In this document: one piece after another, positions 1 through 8,511 of the stretch
Position numbering within the stretch: position 1 is the stretch's first letter
How the letters are laid out: each line of letters opens with the position of its first letter
Assembly: GCA_045587545.1 (NCBI GenBank)
Contig: JAZNCN010000012.1
Coordinates: forward strand, 17,159 to 81,158
Direction: 5' to 3'
Source: Candidatus Caccoplasma sp.
GTDB lineage: Bacteria; Bacteroidota; Bacteroidia; Bacteroidales; G3-4614
Length of the DNA stretch: 64,000 nt
The notes under the pieces: generated by a model
The model's database searches: none
What the model was told of the DNA's origin: nothing
The model's input: the letters and a program-made list of their open reading frames with translations, nothing else
Made by a program: the position numbers and the translations under genes

Positions 1-566
1 CACTCTCTTTGGACGTTGTACGAGAAATCAAGGAGTTTGATTTTTCAAAAAATCCTACTTTTGATTTTGCTCGAGATATGTTTCTCTTTTCGTTTTATAC
101 ACGAGGAATGGCTTTTGTTGATATGGCATACCTTAGAAAAAAGGATTTGTGCAATGGAATTTTGTCGTATCGAAGGCGCAAAACAGGACAACAATTGTTT
201 ATCAAATGGGAGAAGTGTATGCAGGAGATTGTGGATAAGTACGATACATTACACTCCGTCTATTTATTACCCATTATCAATCCATTGAGCGATATAGATG
301 AACGCAAGCAATACATCTATGTTGCTCAACGAGTAAATTTTTATCTTAAAAAGATAGGAGTAAAATTGCAATTACCTATAAATATTACGATGTATGTTGC
401 CCGTCATAGTTGGGCGAGTATTGCTAAAAGTGTAAATATCCCCGTTTCAGTTATAAGTGAGAGTTTGGGACACAATTCAGAAACGACAACACAGATTTAT
501 TTAACATCAATAGATAATACCATTATCGATAAAGCAAATAATATGATATTGGATTTTTTGGGATAA
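1..566 (+). CDS. Tyrosine site-specific recombinase/integrase, C-terminal catalytic part (5' end lies upstream of the window)
   Basis: Motifs of Bacteroidetes integrases: DMFLFSFYTRGMAFVDMAYL, YVARHSWAS, LGHNSETTTQIYL (catalytic His and Tyr). The frame is open to the window edge. Confidence 0.92.
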   Translation, partial: LSLDVVREIKEFDFSKNPTFDFARDMFLFSFYTRGMAFVDMAYLRKKDLCNGILSYRRRKTGQQLFIKWEKCMQEIVDKYDTLHSVYLLPIINPLSDIDERKQYIYVAQRVNFYLKKIGVKLQLPINITMYVARHSWASIAKSVNIPVSVISESLGHNSETTTQIYLTSIDNTIIDKANNMILDFLG

Positions 567-586
567 AGAGGAAGAAAAATGTGTTT

Positions 587-789
587 TCTCTACATAAGAG
601 AAAGTATAACAAGCGCAAATTTAATGTATTTTTTTTAACTACCATAATGTTTTATTTAATATTTTAAGAAAAAAATATATAGATAAATGAATTTTTTCTT
701 TTGTTAACTCTTCTTTTAAAAAGCAGAATAAATAGGGAGACCATTCATAATAAATATAATATATTTATATACAATCTCTTATGTAGAGA
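587..789. promoter_or_regulatory. Putative invertible promoter segment bounded by 15-bp perfect inverted repeats
   Basis: tctctacataagaga (587-601) is the exact reverse complement of tctcttatgtagaga (775-789). The match extends inward (gtata) after 2 mismatches. It starts 20 bp after the recombinase stop. Confidence 0.8.
616..623 (-). promoter_or_regulatory. Bacteroidetes sigma-ABfr -7 box (TAAATTTG) inside the invertible segment, facing away from the 869 operon
   Basis: caaattta on + reads TAAATTTG on -, matching TAnnTTTG. A TATG (near TTTG) sits at the expected -33 spacing (643-646). No + strand TAnnTTTG was seen between 602 and 868. Confidence 0.6.
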
Positions 790-868
790 GTAGAGAATAG
801 GCTCTACTATTGTTTTATGATACCGCAATATTAGGGTAATTATTATAGGTGTCTTAATTTATTAAATT

Positions 869-1540
869 ATGGTTATTTTTATTATTATTTTGTTAGTCGT
901 TGCGGCGATAATTTTCTTTAAATTAAAAAGTGATCCGAAGTGGCTTAAAGAAATTTATGAAGGGAAAGATGATGAGCAGAAGGAAGTAATTCGTTATTTC
1001 TTACGTGAGGGATGTTTGGCAAGTGTGATGAAAGATGCTGAGTATGACGAATTGCTTGCAGGAAAAATTGCGTCTATAAATCCTAAACAAAAAGCTTTAG
1101 ATAAGCACGGTTTGGATATTGAACAAGTAAATGAAATTCCTCCTGTTAATTTTGAAGGATATGTCTTTGATGATAGCGCTTATGTTAAAAAAGGAGAAGA
1201 TGACAAATGGAGAAGTTCTAAATATCAGATTTCTTGGATTTTCTTTAGCGATACCCAAGTTTATTTCTATCAATATACTTTTAACACAGATGAGCTTAGC
1301 AAACGTGAAGCAACCGATGAGTATTTCTATAAAGATATTGTAAATTTCTCAACATCTTCAACTTCGGAAGAAGTTAAACTATATGATAAATCTGGAAAAT
1401 CACAGCTTAAAACTGTTGACACTGATAAATTCCAAATGGTTGTTCCAGGAGATAAAGTCTCTTGCTCTATGACCAAAACTGCAGAAACAGATAATATTAT
1501 TAAGGCTATGAAGAATAAATTGCGTGAAAAGAAAAATTAA
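869..1540 (+). CDS. Hypothetical protein with N-terminal TM anchor; possibly PH-like beta domain
   Basis: 223-aa ORF with hydrophobic N-terminus, beta-rich C-half and a terminal helix. Its stop overlaps the next start (TAATG). Confidence 0.75.
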   Translation: MVIFIIILLVVAAIIFFKLKSDPKWLKEIYEGKDDEQKEVIRYFLREGCLASVMKDAEYDELLAGKIASINPKQKALDKHGLDIEQVNEIPPVNFEGYVFDDSAYVKKGEDDKWRSSKYQISWIFFSDTQVYFYQYTFNTDELSKREATDEYFYKDIVNFSTSSTSEEVKLYDKSGKSQLKTVDTDKFQMVVPGDKVSCSMTKTAETDNIIKAMKNKLREKKN

Positions 1541-1962
1541 TGAATGAGGAGGATATAGTTTGGCATTATTGCCATAAAAGACCATTGTATAGACCATCAA
1601 CTAATATAAAAACTCTTTTGGTCTATTTGGTTCAATTAATTTATACCTCAATCATTATTAATTTTATATTATTTCAAGCAATTGTACAACTTTGTGGAAA
1701 TATAAATTTTCTACAAAGTTGTATTTGCCTATGCATAATTATAATTCTGTTTAAATATCGTAAGCTTCTTATTCTGTTAATTGAATTATATCAACATTAT
1801 GCACCTGAGCATATTCGGCGTAAATGTATATGTATGCCAACGTGTTCGGAGTATGCAATTTGTTGTATAAGAAAATATAATTTCTTTAAAGCTATAAAAA
1901 AGATATACAATAGATTAACAAGGGAGTGTGTCGGTCAAATATATCATATAGATAATCCATAA
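1540..1962 (+). CDS. YidD-like (membrane protein insertion efficiency factor / DUF37) domain protein with 2 N-terminal TM segments
   Basis: LIELYQ...RRKCICMPTCSEYAICCIRKY...RLTREC resembles the YidD motif YQ...CRFxPTCSxYAxxAIxxxG...RIxRC. Confidence 0.7.
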   Translation: MNEEDIVWHYCHKRPLYRPSTNIKTLLVYLVQLIYTSIIINFILFQAIVQLCGNINFLQSCICLCIIIILFKYRKLLILLIELYQHYAPEHIRRKCICMPTCSEYAICCIRKYNFFKAIKKIYNRLTRECVGQIYHIDNP

Positions 1963-1966
1963 TGTT

Positions 1967-4630
1967 ATGATCTCAAGCGCTTATTTGTCAAATGATGAGT
2001 TGGTAGGAATGAAGATAATAGAGGTAACCTCTATCCCTCATTTGTCTATTATTGATAGTTTGTCTAATATTACATCAGTTGTTTCTGAATATCAGAAAGA
2101 GATGAGTAGTATGCTCTCTGAAATATATCAGTATTATAAGCTAAAGTCTTCTCAGGGAAGAAATATTGATATATGTATAGAACTTATGTGGTTGTCTTTA
2201 CCGTCTGTTAATCAGGTGTATAATGCAGATATTAAATTATATATTATAGTACGATCTATTTCTGAAAATTCAAATATAGTTAACGAAAATATAAATATAA
2301 TTAGTAAAATTATTCAAGGTACACTTGTCAGACAGAAGTATGATTTTGAGATAATTCCAATTGAAGCGTATGAAAAGAATTTATCTCAAATCAAAAAAGA
2401 AAATATTGTAGCATTAGTAAAGGACGAAAACCTTGAAAATTTACAAAATCAAATTATGCCATATTGTTTGTCCTTTGATATCTTCCCAACATGTATAGGG
2501 CAACAATTAAGTAAAATTGTAGGAATAATGAAAGATATTCCCAATAGCGCTATCTCATTCCAATTGATTCCTACTAATTATACCTATAATGAAATAAATG
2601 ATTTAAATTCAACTTCTCAGATTTTAGATACATTATATAGAGGAGTGAATGAGCAAGGCATAGGTAATATAAGCCTTTCGTTAACAGAAAAAGTTTCAAA
2701 AACATATAAATATTACTCTCAGAATAAGAATAATGCATTATTTTTATATAATATATTAGTTTGGGCAAATCAGACAGAAGCATCAAATATTGCATCTAAA
2801 ATATATGGACAATTAACACCCTCTTCCGAATTATCTGCAAATCTTAAGTTTATATCATTATCTCAGAACGACATAGATATTGATAATAACCTATACCCTT
2901 TACCATGGGCAGCCAATGAGGTTATTATAAATACTGAAAGGATATTATGGCAAGGGAGTAATTTATCAATAAATCTATATAGGCTTCCATATTTAATAAC
3001 TGCAGATGAATGCTCAGAATTTTTTAGATTACCAATAGGTAGTAATGATATTACTGCAGGTTTTAAAGTTAACGAGGCAGGAAAAACCAGTAAAACATAT
3101 TCTCAAAATATAATTAATTCAGGCGACATTGAATTAGGTATATTAAAATCATCTTCTTCTAAAGACAGTATAGGCTTATCGTTAAAAGATTTAGCTAAAC
3201 ACATGCTTGTAGTTGGCACACCGGGTTCGGGAAAAACAACCTTCTCGGTAGGATTGCTTGACCGACTTTGGAAAGAGCATCATATCCCATTCCTCGTTAT
3301 TGAGCCTGCAAAAAATGAATATAGGGCATTAGTGCAAAGTATTCCGGAGTTACAGGTCTTCACTCCTGGTAAAAATTTTATATCACCATTTGTATTCAAT
3401 CCATTTGTGCCACCTAAGAATGTAAAACTTGAAACATATAAATCAACCCTAAAAACGGCTTTCGCTGCAGGAGTTTCAATGTCTTCACCTTTGGATAAGA
3501 TTTTTGAAGATACAATAAATAATTGTTATTCAGATTTCAGATGGCTTGATACTTATACAATAGCAGATAAAGGTAAGATATTTAATATTACAGATTTTAT
3601 TAAATGTTTTCAAGAGACATTTGATGAGATTGGATATACCGGAGATGCGCGAAATATTGGTCGTGCGGGTATCGTCCGATTAAAGAGTCTTGTAAACTTG
3701 TTTGACAATTATTTCTCTATTCCCATAGAGGATATGTTGACAAAACCAACAATTATAGAGTTGGCGGCAATTGAAAATAGTGATCAGAAATCTTTGATTA
3801 TAGCCTTATTGCTTTTGTCAATACTTGTATATGTAAATGCAAATTATGTAGGAGAAGGCGGTTTGCGCAACTTTATTTTATTGGAAGAGGCTCATGTTTT
3901 ATTAGATTCTTCAAGTAATGGAGGAGAGGGTGCGGCAAATCCTGCAGCGATAGCGCAAGGATTGGTTAAGAGAATGTTAGCAGAGATTCGTTCATATGGA
4001 GTAGGTTTAGCTATTGCCGATCAATCACCACGTAAAGTAGGTATTGATATTGTCGCATTAACCGATATCAAGGTAGCATTCCGATTGGTGGAGTCTCAAG
4101 ATAAGGAGATATTGGCGAACAGTACCAGTATGACGGATGTTCAAATGGCACGTTTGGCAAAACTAAAACCGGGAGAGTGCTACTTGTTCTTCAATAAATT
4201 AGAAGAACCCGAAGAGATTATCACACCAGATTATCGCTTAGATAATAATATATCAATATCTCTTTCCGATGAAGGCATTAGAGATTTATCAACATATTGG
4301 AGAGATAAGCAGGATAAACTACGTCCATATCCCGAATGTCAATTATGTCCTTATTGCAAGGATTCTTGCAACTATAACCGACGTGTTCTTGCAAAGGAAG
4401 TGGCAAGAAGAATATTCAATAAATATATAAAATCCGGAGCAAAAGATATAGAAAAAGTTCGCTATGTATTCTCGAAAATTAATACGCTTATAATTAGTGA
4501 ACTTAATGATGAACCTTTTGATAGACCTTTGTTGTCATGTGTTAAGGTACATTTATGGAGAAAGATAAAATATGAGACTGTTATTGGAATAGCAGATGTC
4601 ACAATTCAAAAATCATTAGTTAAAGAATAA
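1967..4630 (+). CDS. HerA/FtsK-superfamily (DUF87-type) P-loop ATPase
   Basis: HMLVVGTPGSGKT (Walker A), FLVIEPAKNEY, ILLEEAH (Walker B), EIRSYGVGLAIADQSP, LAKLKPGEC. Long N-terminal extension and C-terminal CQLCPYCKDSC. Confidence 0.85.
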   Translation: MISSAYLSNDELVGMKIIEVTSIPHLSIIDSLSNITSVVSEYQKEMSSMLSEIYQYYKLKSSQGRNIDICIELMWLSLPSVNQVYNADIKLYIIVRSISENSNIVNENINIISKIIQGTLVRQKYDFEIIPIEAYEKNLSQIKKENIVALVKDENLENLQNQIMPYCLSFDIFPTCIGQQLSKIVGIMKDIPNSAISFQLIPTNYTYNEINDLNSTSQILDTLYRGVNEQGIGNISLSLTEKVSKTYKYYSQNKNNALFLYNILVWANQTEASNIASKIYGQLTPSSELSANLKFISLSQNDIDIDNNLYPLPWAANEVIINTERILWQGSNLSINLYRLPYLITADECSEFFRLPIGSNDITAGFKVNEAGKTSKTYSQNIINSGDIELGILKSSSSKDSIGLSLKDLAKHMLVVGTPGSGKTTFSVGLLDRLWKEHHIPFLVIEPAKNEYRALVQSIPELQVFTPGKNFISPFVFNPFVPPKNVKLETYKSTLKTAFAAGVSMSSPLDKIFEDTINNCYSDFRWLDTYTIADKGKIFNITDFIKCFQETFDEIGYTGDARNIGRAGIVRLKSLVNLFDNYFSIPIEDMLTKPTIIELAAIENSDQKSLIIALLLLSILVYVNANYVGEGGLRNFILLEEAHVLLDSSSNGGEGAANPAAIAQGLVKRMLAEIRSYGVGLAIADQSPRKVGIDIVALTDIKVAFRLVESQDKEILANSTSMTDVQMARLAKLKPGECYLFFNKLEEPEEIITPDYRLDNNISISLSDEGIRDLSTYWRDKQDKLRPYPECQLCPYCKDSCNYNRRVLAKEVARRIFNKYIKSGAKDIEKVRYVFSKINTLIISELNDEPFDRPLLSCVKVHLWRKIKYETVIGIADVTIQKSLVKE

Positions 4631-4644
4631 AACTATAGCTGAAT

Positions 4645-5646
4645 ATGAGTGAGGAATTTAATGATGATATGGGTAGCGTTGATGATTCTTTTGAAGATTC
4701 ATCAAGTGAAATAGAATCTGATATAGAGGACTCTGCAACCGAATCAGAATCAGAAGCCAATGAAATAGCCGAAGAGCAGGCTACTGAAATGGAGGCAGAA
4801 GCACAGGAAGCCCAAGCAGAAGCCGAAGCGGAGGCCAATGAGATTGCCGAAGAGCAGTCCACTGAAATGGAGACAGAAGCACAGGAAGCCCAAGCAGAAG
4901 CCGAAGTAGAGGCCAATGAGATTGCCGAAGAGCAGGCTGCTGAAATGGAGGCAGAAGCACAGGAAGCCCAAGCTAATGCAGAGGCAGAAGCCAATGAAAT
5001 AGCCGAGGAACAAGCTACTGAAATGGAAAATGAAGTTCAGGAAGCCCAAGCAGAAGCCGAAGCAGAGGCCAATGAGATTGCCGAAGAGCAGGCTGCTGAA
5101 ATGGAGGCAGAAGCACAGGAAGCCCAAGCAGAAGCCGAAGCGGAGGCCAATGAAATAGCGGAAGAAAATTCTGAAGAAAAGAAAGATGAAGTGTCGCAAG
5201 ATATAGATGAGAGTCAACTATCTCCGTCGGAACTTGCAGAAAAAAGTCGAGAAGAAATGGAACAAGCTCAAAAAGAAGCTGAACAATGGGCAGATGAAAA
5301 TGGAATGGAGCGATGGAGTGATGGATCATTAAGGACAGATTATGAAGAGAGTATAAAAGACGCAGAAGCAGAAAATCAGGCAGAAATGGAGGCTGAGACA
5401 CAACATCAGGCAGAAGTAGAGGCAGAAGAAAGGGCTGCACTGGAGGCAGATGTACAAGCTCAATCAGATGCTTTAAATAAAGAGTACATAGATTTAATGG
5501 ATCGGAAGCAAGCTGCATTTGATAGCGCTGTTGATGCTACTAATGCAGAAGACAGAGATCGTTTTGCTGATATCCAATATGAGATTGGAAAAGAGATGGA
5601 GCAGGTAAGGAGTAGAATTATTGAGAATAACAATAGACTTAAGTAG
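4645..5646 (+). CDS. Highly acidic Glu/Ala-rich protein with 26-aa tandem repeats (predicted long helix/coiled coil)
   Basis: 333-aa ORF in operon orientation; repeat unit EANEIAEEQATEMEAEAQEAQAEAEA. Confidence 0.8.
   Translation: MSEEFNDDMGSVDDSFEDSSSEIESDIEDSATESESEANEIAEEQATEMEAEAQEAQAEAEAEANEIAEEQSTEMETEAQEAQAEAEVEANEIAEEQAAEMEAEAQEAQANAEAEANEIAEEQATEMENEVQEAQAEAEAEANEIAEEQAAEMEAEAQEAQAEAEAEANEIAEENSEEKKDEVSQDIDESQLSPSELAEKSREEMEQAQKEAEQWADENGMERWSDGSLRTDYEESIKDAEAENQAEMEAETQHQAEVEAEERAALEADVQAQSDALNKEYIDLMDRKQAAFDSAVDATNAEDRDRFADIQYEIGKEMEQVRSRIIENNNRLK
4753..5166 (+). repeat. Intragenic 78-bp tandem repeat, 5 full copies plus a partial sixth
   Basis: Units begin ga(a/g)gccaatga at 4753, 4831, 4909, 4987, 5065 and 5143. 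Confidence 0.95.
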
Positions 5647-5648
5647 AT

Positions 5649-5792
5649 ATGGCAAAATGTAATGATGACTTGTCTGTTTCTGAACTTTATGAACAAGCTC
5701 AAGAAGATAGGGATAGAAATGCAGATACAATATATAGAATTGGAGAAGAGATAGATCGGATAAGAAAAAATATGGAAGAACGTGATAGATAG
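5649..5792 (+). CDS. Small 47-aa protein (not in ORF track), similar to the C-terminus of the upstream acidic protein
   Basis: ATG 2 nt after the previous stop; MAKCNDDLSVSELYEQAQEDRDRNADTIYRIGEEIDRIRKNMEERDR*. It has 12/21 identities to EDRDRFADIQYEIGKEMEQVR. Confidence 0.65.
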   Translation: MAKCNDDLSVSELYEQAQEDRDRNADTIYRIGEEIDRIRKNMEERDR

Positions 5793-5857
5793 AGTTGGAG
5801 GCGAAATAGAAGATTAATAGAAGAAATAAATAATATTAACTTAATTAAATTGTTATT

Positions 5858-7186
5858 ATGGGCTGGTTTGGAATAACTACAGATAAAGACCCTAAAGAAG
5901 CCGCATACAATCGTGGCGAAAAGAGTTTTAGAGATGTAATTCAAAATGAATCGCCAGGAGAACTTTTGTATGCAATCGACCCTCGTGAAGATTTTAATAC
6001 AGGAAGTACATTGATAGTACACCCTGGAGAAGTTGCTTTGTTTGAAAAAAACGGAATAATTCAAGAAGAATTTCCAAATGGAAGATATAAATTGTCAACA
6101 GAAAATTATCCGTTTATAAGCAATTTACGTAATATGTTTACGGGAGGAGTTAGCTCTTTTAATTGCAGAATACACTGGTTTAGAGATGCTGATTCAAAAG
6201 AGATTAAGTGGGGCACTCAAACTCCTATAGAGATAGAGGATAAAATATATAATCAAGAAGCAAAATTAGGTGTTGCAGCAGTTTATAAGATAAAAATTAC
6301 CAATCCTACATTGTGCCTAAAAAAACTACTTGGTAATAATATATATATCAAGAGTGAAGAAGAGATGAATGAGTATTGGGGTGGAGAGTTAGCTTCAATA
6401 ATTAGGGAAGAGTTGTATAATACTCTACGTAAATATCCGGATACTTTGTTGGATATCATCAATCAAGTTAGGACAATTTCAAAAGACCTTCGTCCTGAAA
6501 TTGACGAAGTAATATCTGAATATGGTATTCAATTAGTTAAGTTCTCTATAGTATCTATTAATATATTAGATGACTTTGTTGAAAGAATAAGAGCCAATAA
6601 AGATATATATCGTAATAAAGATATTGAATCTATGGCTGAAGCAAAGGCAAGGGTAAATATAGCTCAAGGAGATTTGGGCGTTATGGAAGTGTTGGGCGAA
6701 AATTGGGGACGTCAAAAAGCTTATGAGGTTCTTAATAATATATCGCAAAATCCAGGAGCAGGGGGAGTAGCTTCTGCTGGTGCAGGCTTAGGAATGGGAA
6801 TTAGTGCTGGTAGCGCTTTTGGAGCAATGGCGAGTCAGTTATTTTCACCATTTAATAGTCAACAGCAACCTTCTCAACAACAGCCGCAAGGCCGATTCCA
6901 ACAAAGAACGGTTAATGCGGAACAAACAAAGACAGCGACACCCCCACCGCCTCCCGTGAATCAGCAAGCCGTAGAATTTTATGTTTATGTAAATAATACA
7001 CAAATGGGTCCATACGATAAACTATCGTTGGTTAAACTTATACAGCAGGGGCAACTCACTACTGATACTTTAGTGTGGCGAGAAGGTATGAAAGAATGGA
7101 GCCCCGCTAAAAATACAGAGTTATCTGAATTATTTAATCAAGGATCTGTGCCCCCTCCAGTTCCTCCTATGCCTCCTAAATTTTAG
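5858..7186 (+). CDS. SPFH/Band-7 (YdjI/'virion core protein'-like) protein with C-terminal GYF_2 (DUF4339) domain
   Basis: GSTLIVHPGEVALFEKNG...GRYKLSTENYP...KWGT, then GAGLGMGISAG linker, then FYVYVNNTQMGPYD...LTTDTLVWREGMKEWSPA (GYF_2), plus Pro-rich tracts. Confidence 0.85.
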   Translation: MGWFGITTDKDPKEAAYNRGEKSFRDVIQNESPGELLYAIDPREDFNTGSTLIVHPGEVALFEKNGIIQEEFPNGRYKLSTENYPFISNLRNMFTGGVSSFNCRIHWFRDADSKEIKWGTQTPIEIEDKIYNQEAKLGVAAVYKIKITNPTLCLKKLLGNNIYIKSEEEMNEYWGGELASIIREELYNTLRKYPDTLLDIINQVRTISKDLRPEIDEVISEYGIQLVKFSIVSINILDDFVERIRANKDIYRNKDIESMAEAKARVNIAQGDLGVMEVLGENWGRQKAYEVLNNISQNPGAGGVASAGAGLGMGISAGSAFGAMASQLFSPFNSQQQPSQQQPQGRFQQRTVNAEQTKTATPPPPPVNQQAVEFYVYVNNTQMGPYDKLSLVKLIQQGQLTTDTLVWREGMKEWSPAKNTELSELFNQGSVPPPVPPMPPKF

Positions 7187-7192
7187 AAATTT

Positions 7193-7870
7193 ATGAAAAA
7201 GAATATATTATTTTTAGCTACGTTATCCATATTCTTGTTGGTATTTGAGATTTTATTCTTTTTACTTGGAGATAATTCTACACGAACAACCTCGTTGTGG
7301 ATTTCATATGGATTTATCCATTTTTCATATCTAATATTTGTTCTATCTGTATTTGTTAACAAAGGAGGACCTGGAGATAATGGATATGATGTCTCAACTG
7401 TTTATGTAACATGGAAATACTTTGTTTTAGAATTTATAGTAGGTCTGATTTTTATTTGGATTAATTCTGAAAGTATTGGGTGGGCTTTAACGGTTCAATT
7501 ATTATTAGCTGCTATTTCAATTGTTATTTGGTTCGTCAATCTTATGGCGAATGAACATACTGATAACTCTTTAAGGGTTCAAGAGAAAGAGTTTGCATAT
7601 ATTCAGACCTGTTCTTTAAAACTAAAAATGATATCTAATAATTTATCAGATATCGATGCAAAAAAGTTCGTAGAAAAGTGTTATGATGCAGTATGCTCAT
7701 CTCCATCACGCAGTAATGCTAATTTAGCGATGATTGAAAAAGTAATTTTAGATTCAATAGATGAATTAGAAGAAGCTGTCTATACAAATAACATAGATTT
7801 AATAAAAGATAAATCAAATAAAATTTTAAGACTAATAGCAGAAAGGAATTTAAAACTAAAATTTAAATAA
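7193..7870 (+). CDS. Membrane protein, 4 TM helices plus C-terminal helical domain
   Basis: Four hydrophobic segments in the first ~120 aa; soluble helical tail ending IAERNLKLK. Confidence 0.75.
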   Translation: MKKNILFLATLSIFLLVFEILFFLLGDNSTRTTSLWISYGFIHFSYLIFVLSVFVNKGGPGDNGYDVSTVYVTWKYFVLEFIVGLIFIWINSESIGWALTVQLLLAAISIVIWFVNLMANEHTDNSLRVQEKEFAYIQTCSLKLKMISNNLSDIDAKKFVEKCYDAVCSSPSRSNANLAMIEKVILDSIDELEEAVYTNNIDLIKDKSNKILRLIAERNLKLKFK

Positions 7871-7874
7871 AGAT

Positions 7875-8477
7875 ATGTCAGTTGAAAGTTTAAGTATAAA
7901 ATGTCCCGGTTGTGGACAACCTGTATCAACAGGACAAAATATTTGCGAATGGTGTAAAGGTCCTATAGTAATCACAACTTTTAATAGTGTTGCATCTATG
8001 CCCTTACCCGAAATTAATAAGTATGCAAATAGCTATAAAAAGGCATTGGCAGATTATCCCGACGATAAGTTGTTGAATACATCAATTGCTATGTGTTACC
8101 TTAGGTTAAAATTATATGATAAAGCCTTAGATGCTTTTGAGAAGGCAATAGAAGATAATTTTGATAATCCTGAAACTTATTTTTATGCAGCAATTTCTAT
8201 ACTTAAAGGGAAAAAAGCATTTTTGCAACAACGACAAGAGATTAATAAAATTGAGGAATATATAGATGCTGCATTAATGATTGAACCAAGGGGAATATTT
8301 TATTATTTTAAGGCATATATTAGGTATGATTATTATAAACGCAAATGCTATAATGTGTTGCCTGATTATAATGAGTTGCAGGAGCAAGCCTTTAATGCAG
8401 GATTATCAGATATTGATATTCAACAATTATTTGAATTGTTAAATGTTGAAAGGCCACAAGAGTTAAGATTGAATTAA
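7875..8477 (+). CDS. Zinc-ribbon + TPR protein
   Basis: CPGCG...CEWC, then TPR-like AMCYLRLKLYDKALDAFEKAIEDNFDNPETYFYAA. Confidence 0.8.
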   Translation: MSVESLSIKCPGCGQPVSTGQNICEWCKGPIVITTFNSVASMPLPEINKYANSYKKALADYPDDKLLNTSIAMCYLRLKLYDKALDAFEKAIEDNFDNPETYFYAAISILKGKKAFLQQRQEINKIEEYIDAALMIEPRGIFYYFKAYIRYDYYKRKCYNVLPDYNELQEQAFNAGLSDIDIQQLFELLNVERPQELRLN

Positions 8478-8511
8478 GTATGACAAAGAGGTTGAACTAA
8501 ATGTAACTTTT

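Noticed and set aside
4620-5518. Minus-strand ORFs (124, 155 and 167 aa) over the acidic gene
   Set aside because: Shadow ORFs caused by the low-complexity 78-bp repeat; the + strand ORF fits the operon.
1-8477. Prophage or ICE interpretation of the integrase-led region
   Set aside because: No phage structural, relaxase, excisionase or T4SS genes are visible. The adjacent IR pair fits a local invertase better. The left context lies outside the window.
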